A stretch of DNA of 32,000 nucleotides from Synechocystis sp. PCC 6803 substr. PCC-P. Lineage in GTDB: Bacteria; Cyanobacteriota; Cyanobacteriia; Cyanobacteriales; Microcystaceae. Shown here piece after piece: positions 18,291-24,566 of the stretch. Location: contig NC_017039.1 of NCBI RefSeq assembly GCF_000284455.1, positions 690,001-722,000 on the forward strand, given 5' to 3'. The translations under genes were made by a program, and so were the position numbers. The number at the start of each line of letters is the position of its first letter. Positions within the stretch are counted from its first letter, which is position 1. Under the pieces are notes generated by a model. It was not told where the DNA came from. It saw nothing but the letters and a program-made list of their open reading frames with translations, and did no database searches.

Positions 18291-18914
18291 ATGGATAATC
18301 TAACCGACTTTGCATTCAAGCTCGGGAAGGTCGTTTACAAAGTTATTCGCGATGTCGAGGCATCAAAAGATGATTCGACCAAGCTCATCCAAGACCTTGG
18401 CGGCTTAAGCGGTGAAAAGATACTACTTCAGAAAATCGCCAAGTTTTGGAATCAGCAAGACCGCTGGGATAGACCCGATGGCCTCGTCATAGTAACTAGT
18501 CACAGACTTGTCTTTTTAGCTAAAATGAAGACGGTCGCATCAACAACAGATTATCTCAGCTTTCCATTGGGGTTGATTGACGAACTTGAAGCTACCACTG
18601 TATCTTGGGTCAGTCCAGCAATTGCATTTCACGTTAATTCGACGAAGTATATGTTCACATTCTTTGCCGGATCGGATGAAGTCGTTGATGCGATCCGATC
18701 GGCCAAGGTAACACTAGAATCAATATCCATTAATTCGCATTCAGATCCCTCAAGCACTGGGCGAGATATTCCTGTGCAACTCCTACCCGACATGATTCGA
18801 TTTCTATGCCCAGATTGTGAGGCTTCAGTCAGAGTTAGGCGTAAACAAGCAGGAAGGCTAGGAAAATGCCCCGAATGCGGTGGTGTTTCACGGATCCCAA
18901 TCGATGGAAGATAG
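18291..18914 (+). CDS. Cassette 2 ORF: PH/GRAM-like domain protein with a C-terminal CxxC...CxxC zinc ribbon (207 aa)
   Basis: The central segment (PDGLVIVTSHRLVFLAKMK ... YLSFPLGLIDELE ... YMFTFF) resembles bacterial PH/GRAM-like folds. The C-terminus is FLCPDCEASVRVRRKQAGRLGKCPECGGVSRIP. The domain call rests on my pattern recognition only. Confidence 0.7.
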   Translation: MDNLTDFAFKLGKVVYKVIRDVEASKDDSTKLIQDLGGLSGEKILLQKIAKFWNQQDRWDRPDGLVIVTSHRLVFLAKMKTVASTTDYLSFPLGLIDELEATTVSWVSPAIAFHVNSTKYMFTFFAGSDEVVDAIRSAKVTLESISINSHSDPSSTGRDIPVQLLPDMIRFLCPDCEASVRVRRKQAGRLGKCPECGGVSRIPIDGR

Positions 18915-19036
18915 AATGCCTTAGTCAACTTAAAGACATCCCAGATTGTTAGAAAGTCTAACCACCCAATGAGAACTAGGCGAAGGTTTTGTCAAGTCCT
19001 GAAGATGCCGTTCACCAGATCTATCTCATCATTGCT

Positions 19037-19127
19037 GCCGAACAAGCCCCTTGAGTGGACAGTCCGCCACCGGTCTTTTGCATTACAATTTTAGGGTTAC
19101 CACCTGCCCCTAGGGCCAGCGTTAGCA
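19037..19127 (+). other. attC site 2 (91 bp)
   Basis: R'' GCCGAAC is the exact reverse complement of GTTCGGC at the cassette 2 start. R' is GTTAGCA. Internal pairing is weaker (CCCT 19048-19051 with AGGG 19112-19115; GTGG 19055-19058 with CCAC 19100-19103). The site lies 122 bp after the ORF stop. Confidence 0.55.
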
Positions 19128-19146
19128 TTCAGAAAATCCACGAGAG

Positions 19147-19899
19147 GTGCGTCGCCCAATACAAATTCATCCTTTAATACACATTCAAAGCATGAATACT
19201 ATTGATTTTGAAAGAGTGATCAGAGCACTTATCAAAAGTGGATTTCTCTTTTCAGCTGCCGACTTCAATGAGCGCAGGCGTGCAGCTGATAAAGTAGCTA
19301 CATCTGGATTGATTGAAAAGACAAATTTTTGGTGCAACGTTGCAATAAAAGGTGCGATACCTGTTATCGAATCATCTTTCGACGTAGACATCCCTTCAAA
19401 TCAGTTCCGATTCAAGCCTTCTATGCAGGATTTCAATGTTAAAGAAGATGAATTGAGTGCAATGCTCTTAAAACTTGGGATGAATATGGATGCGGTTGCA
19501 TTTCGATATGCTTACTCCCAGCCAGTATTCGTAGGTGTGAAGTTTGCAGCATCTCTTTCGCCCGAAGCTCGAAGATCTCTTTTTGAGTCGTTTGATCGTC
19601 AGATGCTTAACTGTCTCTCCCTTACTTCTTCAATGAAAGCAGGTTTTGGAAGCGTAAAGATGTCAGTAACTGGATTCGTTTTATGGATATTTACGAATCA
19701 AAGCGGAGCAAATAATTTCAGCTCTGTGGAAAAGGAAAGCTTGAGAAAGATGCATTTTTGGGAGAAGGTTAATTCACTGTCCTGGGTCGTCGATCTTGAA
19801 ACGAACTCAATAGCTAAACACAAAGGGCTGCCAATCATTCTTGATTCAGTCTTTAATGTAAAGGCATTTGAGGATTCTCTGAAGCTTGACGAATACTAA
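19147..19899 (+). CDS. Cassette 3 ORF, hypothetical protein (250 aa from GTG 19147; 235 aa from ATG 19192)
   Basis: This is the only long ORF in cassette 3. The stop codon (19897-19899) lies inside the attC inverse core. I recognise no domain. Confidence 0.7.
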   Translation: MRRPIQIHPLIHIQSMNTIDFERVIRALIKSGFLFSAADFNERRRAADKVATSGLIEKTNFWCNVAIKGAIPVIESSFDVDIPSNQFRFKPSMQDFNVKEDELSAMLLKLGMNMDAVAFRYAYSQPVFVGVKFAASLSPEARRSLFESFDRQMLNCLSLTSSMKAGFGSVKMSVTGFVLWIFTNQSGANNFSSVEKESLRKMHFWEKVNSLSWVVDLETNSIAKHKGLPIILDSVFNVKAFEDSLKLDEY

Positions 19900-19981
19900 C
19901 AACCGAGCTGCACCGGAACGCCATAAGCTGTTTGGTTGGGTTACAAAGGTTATCTGCGTCTGGTGAGCTTAGTCGTTAGGC
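19894..19981 (+). other. attC site 3 (88 bp)
   Basis: R'' is TACTAAC and R' is the canonical GTTAGGC. AGCT(G)CACC (19906-19914) pairs with GGTGAGCT (19962-19969), leaving G19910 extrahelical. The imperfect stem continues inward. The 5-nt spacers are AACCG and TAGTC. Confidence 0.72.
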
Positions 19982-20066
19982 CCCATACAAAATTTAAGAC
20001 CTACCCACCAGAACTTCTTTGTCACCAGATTCTTACTGTAAGCGCCTCCGTGCTTTTGCAATCGTC

Positions 20067-20146
20067 CATGGCGATCGCCAGCAACGTTATGGTCGCCAGA
20101 TAGCAGAAAAAATTGTTGCCCAAATTGGCTAATGATATTAGTTGAT
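20067..20146 (+). pseudogene. Right copy of the flanking direct repeat: a displaced, still in-frame duplicate of the glycosyltransferase 3' end
   Basis: It encodes HGDRQQRYGRQIAEKIVAQIG*, versus HGDRQIAEKIVAQIS* at 17186-17233. Both substitutions in the shared Ile-Val codons are synonymous. It begins at HIP1 (20071-20078), and no homology exists upstream of 20067. Its last 7 bp overlap the cofG 3' end. Confidence 0.8.
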
Positions 20147-21079
20147 AAAAACTGATAGCCGTTGCTGTAAATCACAATTGAGCCAGGAAAAATAAGTGGG
20201 ATAAACTGGAAACCTTGGTTGCAATAAATAGCCATTTTCTTCTAGCAATTGACTTAGTTGATTCACCGATTGGTGATGATAATCAGGGTTAACTTCATCA
20301 ATGGGTACAATGCCACCTAAATCCCTAACTCCAGCAGCTAAACAAGCTAGTAGATCACTGAAATTTGGCACTAAATTAGGCGGTATTTGTAGGGTAATTT
20401 CTGCGGGTAATATTGCCCTTGCTAAGGTAATAACTTGCACCAATTTTTGTGGGCTGTAGGCGGAAATATTATCTGTTTGTTTTTGCCCAGGGCTATGGGG
20501 TTGCAAAATCACCTCTTGAATGTGGCCGTATTCTTGTTGAACATTGGCGATCGCCATTAAACTCTCTTCCACTTCCTGGTCAGTTTCCCCAATGCCCAGT
20601 AATAAGCCAGTGGTGAAAGGAATACCCAATTCCCCTGCTAATCGTAATTGTTCTAACCTGAGCTGGGGTTCTTTACTGGGGGCTTGACGATGCACTGTGG
20701 TTAATAGTCGGGGAGAAACCTGTTCCAGCATCAACCCCAGGGAAAAATTCACTTCCTTTAAACGAGCTATTTCTGATCGACTTAAAGGCCCCGCATTGGT
20801 GTGGGGATAAAATCCCAAATCTAGGGCGATTTTGCCTAGGTTATAAATAAGTTCAAACCAAGCTTTTCGGCGGGAAGATTGGGGATGCACTTCCCCCGCC
20901 AGAATTAAAATTTCCCTTATCCCCCGCCCTGCCAAACTTTCCAGTCGCTGTTTAGCAACGCTTTCGGTTAACCATTGGTCTTTTCTTGGCTCCTGCCGGA
21001 AATTGCAGTAACTACAACGGTTAAAACACTCGTAGGTGGGAACCAGAGTATAGGCGGGACTGTAAGTGATAGACAACAC
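20138..21079 (-). CDS. cofG: Radical-SAM FO synthase subunit CofG (7,8-didemethyl-8-hydroxy-5-deazariboflavin synthase)
   Basis: The N-terminus reads ITYSPAYTLVPTYECFNRCSYCNF (a CxxxCxxC cluster in CofG context). 313 aa. Confidence 0.8.
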   Translation of the reverse strand: MLSITYSPAYTLVPTYECFNRCSYCNFRQEPRKDQWLTESVAKQRLESLAGRGIREILILAGEVHPQSSRRKAWFELIYNLGKIALDLGFYPHTNAGPLSRSEIARLKEVNFSLGLMLEQVSPRLLTTVHRQAPSKEPQLRLEQLRLAGELGIPFTTGLLLGIGETDQEVEESLMAIANVQQEYGHIQEVILQPHSPGQKQTDNISAYSPQKLVQVITLARAILPAEITLQIPPNLVPNFSDLLACLAAGVRDLGGIVPIDEVNPDYHHQSVNQLSQLLEENGYLLQPRFPVYPTYFSWLNCDLQQRLSVFIN

Positions 21080-21082
21080 ACT

Positions 21083-21697
21083 TCAACTCAAAAAAGACTT
21101 TAACCGAGCCAACGCCATGGGAGGAATGGCATGACCCATGGGAAATTCTTGATATTCCACTGAGGCCCCAATGCTTTCCAGTTCAGCCTTGGCCTGTTGA
21201 GCCATCCGCAGTGGTACTACCGGATCTTCGGTGCCATGGATTAACAAGATAGGGGCGATCGCCTGGGGTTGGGATTCCGGCTGGAAATGGAGATAGCCGC
21301 TCAGGGAAAAAATTTTAGCCAGGGGCAATGTTAAGCCCACATCCAGAGCCATGGCTCCCCCCTGGGAAAAGCCTCCCAGTATAGTTCTGGCCAGGGGAAT
21401 GCCCGTTTCCTCTGCTAAACCCAATAAATAGGCTCGTAAACCCTGTCTTGCTTGGGCCAAACCTTCAAAATTTTGACTTTCGAGGTCATACCAAGCCCGG
21501 CCCTGGGGAATTTGGGGATGGGTAAAGGGGGCATTAACAAAGCGCCACTGATAATTAGGTAAGTCCAACATGGGAGCCAGGTCTGACAAATCCCGAGCAT
21601 CAGCCCCCCAACCATGGAGCATCACGAGTAAATAACTAGAATCCGTTGGTGTAACTGCTGGGTCTGGGTAGGCGATCGCCGAAAAATGTAGAGCCAT
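21083..21697 (-). CDS. Phospholipase/carboxylesterase-family alpha/beta hydrolase
   Basis: The 204-aa ORF has a GFSQGG nucleophile elbow, a conserved LHGWGAD N-terminal motif and a C-terminal HG..D / GH pattern. Confidence 0.85.
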   Translation of the reverse strand: MALHFSAIAYPDPAVTPTDSSYLLVMLHGWGADARDLSDLAPMLDLPNYQWRFVNAPFTHPQIPQGRAWYDLESQNFEGLAQARQGLRAYLLGLAEETGIPLARTILGGFSQGGAMALDVGLTLPLAKIFSLSGYLHFQPESQPQAIAPILLIHGTEDPVVPLRMAQQAKAELESIGASVEYQEFPMGHAIPPMALARLKSFLS

Positions 21698-21709
21698 GGC
21701 AGGGCAATG

Positions 21710-22885
21710 CTAACGATTTAACTGGGTGAGGCTGGCGGACTGGTAATAATGGGACAAAATTTGTTGGTAGGGGGTACCTTTTTGGGCTAGACCGTAGGCT
21801 CCCCACTGACTTAGGCCAATGCCATGGCCAGAACCACGGCCTGTAATGGTGAAATTATCGCCATTTCTCGACACAGTGAACAGAGTGCTCCGGAGTTTTA
21901 ATGCCTGACGAATGGCATTGCCAGTTAAAGTTTTGCGCCCCCCGGTGCCATTGACTTGAATGGAAGCAATGCGACCCCTGGGAGTAACTTTGAGAGGGGT
22001 TAAACCGGTAACAGTGCCAATGCCCCCAATGTGTCGGCTCAAATCACGGTTACTGAAGGTTTGGTTCCAGCTAAACACCGGCGAACTTTGGTCATAATCC
22101 ACCACTCCCCGTAGATAGGGCAGGGGCGACATCCATACGTCTTCAACATTTTCCGTATGGCCCCCAGAGGCGGCATGGAACGCAGCCAAAATCACCTTGC
22201 CGTTGTAGGTCATTACCTGGCCCGCCGTGGCTTCTACTGCTTCCACCGTGCTGACATATTCGTTATTCATCCCCTTATAAACCTGGGTGGCCGTGGTGGT
22301 GTCCAGGTCGTAGTAACGGTTACTGTCCTTGCTAGTTTGATAGATGGCGTAGGTGCGGGCGGCTACAGCTTGGGCTTTTAGGGCTTCCAGGGGCCAGGAG
22401 GGAATGGCTTCGGAACCTACCACACTGTATAAATACTCTTCAATATCCACTAGATTAACCGCGCTGACCCCATTGCCTTGGCGGATTAGACGCACCTTGC
22501 CCCGATACCAACGATCGCCGATCCAAATGCGGCCGTCTCCACTAGGTTCAATGGTGATTTGGGAAGCCTGCATACCAGCCAGGTTAATGTTGCGACCGGA
22601 GGCAGTGGCGTTGGCGGGGACAAGGGAATCTAAGCGGCCAATGGTGGCTCCCCCGGCATTTTTCACCAAGGCTGGGGTGGAACTGCCCACTCCGACATTA
22701 CTAACACCCTTACTGATGGCAACCCGTAATTCCATCGCCTGGGCGGATAAAGTCCAAGCCAGGGAAATAATTAAACCGAAAAAACTAGATTTACCAATTA
22801 GTTGTAACCAGGGGAGGAGAACCCGTAAGTTTGTCGGCAGGGAACCCCCTGTTTTGGTCGTAAATTCCATGACAAATTTCCTCAC
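21710..22885 (-). CDS. SpoIID/LytB-domain protein (peptidoglycan-lytic, amidase-enhancer family)
   Basis: SpoIID family motifs are present: EEYLYSVVGSEA, EALKAQAVAARTYA, FHAASGGHTEN and GHGIGLSQWGA. There is an N-terminal signal/TM segment. Confidence 0.85.
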   Translation of the reverse strand: MRKFVMEFTTKTGGSLPTNLRVLLPWLQLIGKSSFFGLIISLAWTLSAQAMELRVAISKGVSNVGVGSSTPALVKNAGGATIGRLDSLVPANATASGRNINLAGMQASQITIEPSGDGRIWIGDRWYRGKVRLIRQGNGVSAVNLVDIEEYLYSVVGSEAIPSWPLEALKAQAVAARTYAIYQTSKDSNRYYDLDTTTATQVYKGMNNEYVSTVEAVEATAGQVMTYNGKVILAAFHAASGGHTENVEDVWMSPLPYLRGVVDYDQSSPVFSWNQTFSNRDLSRHIGGIGTVTGLTPLKVTPRGRIASIQVNGTGGRKTLTGNAIRQALKLRSTLFTVSRNGDNFTITGRGSGHGIGLSQWGAYGLAQKGTPYQQILSHYYQSASLTQLNR

Positions 22886-23032
22886 AGCACAATCTACCGG
22901 TCAATCCTAACCAAGGTAGCTGTTGCCGGGGATTTTGCCAAGCCAGTTACAGCGCCGACCAAAGGGGGAAAGATCGTTAAAATAACGGTGGTTATCCACT
23001 GGGCAAGTTTTTTGTAGAGGAAATAAACTTCG

Positions 23033-23881
23033 ATGGAATGGCGTGAAATTTCTGGCAGTTGGGTTCTAGTGCCGCCCCAACCGATCGCCGTGGTGCATTT
23101 TCTCGGGGGAGCTTTTGTCGGTACGGCCCCCAATGTGGCCTATCGTTGGTTACTAACGGAATTAGGTAAAGCTGGTTATGTGGTGGTGGCCACCCCCTTC
23201 GTCAACACCTTCGACCACCAGGCGATCGCCCGTAGTGTGCTGAATCGCTTTGAAATTATTCTGGAAAGATTGCAAAAACAAGGGGAAATTACCACTGGTT
23301 TACTGCCGGTATACGGCTTAGGCCATAGCTTGGGTTGTAAACTACATCTACTCATTGGCAGTTTGTACGAGGTGGAGCGGGCCGGCAATATCCTCGTTGC
23401 GTTTAATAACTATCCCGTTAAACAGGCTATTCCCTTTGGGGAACAATTAGCCCAACTGCAACTGGATAAATTCCTCACAGGGGTGCAAAAACAATTAAGA
23501 CAGCTCAATCTCCAGGTGGATTTAAATTTTGAATTTACTCCATCCCCGGAGGAAACCAACCTTTTAATCGCCGAAAATTATCGAGTGCGGCGTAATTTAT
23601 TAATTAAATTTTCCAACGATGATATTGACCAAACCCTGGGCTTAAGGCCAATTTTAAATCAACAAACCGCTGACCTAGTGGCCTACTGTCCCCTACCTGG
23701 CAATCATTTGACTCCTTTGGGGCAAGACATTCAATGGGAAACCGGCCAGGAATTTTCCCCCTTAGACGCAGTGGGGCAATGGTTGAAAAATTCCCTTTCC
23801 CAGGATTTGAGGCGACTGCAAAAGGAAATTCTCCGTTGGCTAGAACCGACTCGTTTCTATAGCGGTTTTGATAATCTATAA
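23033..23881 (+). CDS. DUF1350-type alpha/beta-hydrolase-like protein
   Basis: The 282-aa ORF has a GLGHSLGCKLH (GxSxG) motif. The N-terminus (VLVPPQPIAVVHFLGGAF) is typical of the cyanobacterial/plant DUF1350 family as I remember it. Confidence 0.6.
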   Translation: MEWREISGSWVLVPPQPIAVVHFLGGAFVGTAPNVAYRWLLTELGKAGYVVVATPFVNTFDHQAIARSVLNRFEIILERLQKQGEITTGLLPVYGLGHSLGCKLHLLIGSLYEVERAGNILVAFNNYPVKQAIPFGEQLAQLQLDKFLTGVQKQLRQLNLQVDLNFEFTPSPEETNLLIAENYRVRRNLLIKFSNDDIDQTLGLRPILNQQTADLVAYCPLPGNHLTPLGQDIQWETGQEFSPLDAVGQWLKNSLSQDLRRLQKEILRWLEPTRFYSGFDNL

Positions 23882-24280
23882 ATGCGAAAGAGGGTGGGTA
23901 AAAAAGCGATACTCCTCCACCGGACGGTTTTGCAAAATATGCTCTTGGAGAATTTTTTCCATTACTGTGGGGGTCACGTTCCGGTACCAAATGCCCTCTG
24001 GATATACCAGTAAAATTGGCCCCTGCTGGCAAACCCGCAAACAATTAGCCTTAGTGCGGAAAATGTTCCCATCACGACTGGACTGAGTGCAATCCAGCCC
24101 CAACTCCGGCAAACGCTTTTTCAGATAATCCCAGGTGGCGAGGCTATCTTCTTTGCTACAGCATTTCGGTTTTGTTTGGTCACAACAGAGAAACAGATGC
24201 CGTTGAATGCGCCCAAGGCCTAAACGTTGGCAACTATCGACAATGGTTTCTGAGGGAGTTATGGGGACAGGGTTTTCCAT
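23876..24280 (-). CDS. Thioredoxin-like [2Fe-2S] ferredoxin-family protein
   Basis: The 134-aa ORF has Cys clusters (HLFLCCDQTKPKCC ... RVCQQGPILLVYPEGIWY) typical of the TRX-like ferredoxin family. Confidence 0.7.
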   Translation of the reverse strand: MENPVPITPSETIVDSCQRLGLGRIQRHLFLCCDQTKPKCCSKEDSLATWDYLKKRLPELGLDCTQSSRDGNIFRTKANCLRVCQQGPILLVYPEGIWYRNVTPTVMEKILQEHILQNRPVEEYRFFTHPLSHL

Positions 24281-24566
24281 GGAAATGTGCGCGAAAACTG
24301 AATAATCGCCTTATAGTTGGAGAGAATAAAGCCCCGTGGCCTTGCCCCACCAAAATCATTATGTTTAAAGATTGGAACTTTGATGACTGGATGAACCATT
24401 TAATGATGCTATTGACCCTGTTGGGTTTGGCCATTATTTGGTTTGTGATTTAAGGACTACTTGGCACGTAGTTCCATTCTTCCAAGCATTAGTGGGAGCA
24501 ACTGTGGAGCAATAAAGAGTTTTGTTAGTCTAAGCTAAAAAACCCCGTTTACCTGCCGTTTTTTGC

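Larger units (their letters stand above)
17521..19981 (+). mobile_element. Integron-type gene-cassette array without integrase (CALIN-like): three cassettes, 17522-18216, 18217-19121 and 19122-19975
   Basis: Four core sites are present: GTTAGCT 17521, GTTCGGC 18216, GTTAGCA 19121 and GTTAGGC 19975. Each cassette's inverse core (AGCTAAC 18151, GCCGAAC 19037, TACTAAC 19894) is complementary to the core at that cassette's own 5' boundary (7/7, 7/7, 6/7). There is one + strand ORF per cassette. The segment has no HIP1 site and lower G+C than the flanks. Confidence 0.75.

Noticed and set aside
18868-18954. Possible additional attC (CCCGAAT ... GTTAGAA) overlapping the end of the cassette 2 ORF
   Set aside because: The inverse core matches the expected GCCGAAC at only 5/7, the core fails GTTRRRY at the last position, and I could not draw a convincing stem. 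The downstream site at 19037-19127 fits the boundary-complementarity rule perfectly.
17236-20066. Complete integron or integrative element with its own recombinase
   Set aside because: No ORF in the island, or anywhere in the window, shows tyrosine-recombinase (R..HxxR..Y), serine-recombinase or DDE-transposase features. Only the attC array and flanking repeats are present, so I call it an integrase-less cluster.
19969-20235. 88-aa minus-strand ORF spanning the island / host junction
   Set aside because: It overlaps the 3' end of cofG in another frame and runs across attC3 and the duplicated gene fragment. The composition changes midway. This is a chance ORF created by the junction.
24172-24360. 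5' two-thirds of track ORF 24172-24453 (+)
   Set aside because: It overlaps the N-terminal coding region and start of the well-supported ferredoxin-like gene on the opposite strand. Only the non-overlapping tail from ATG 24361 was kept, as a weak candidate.
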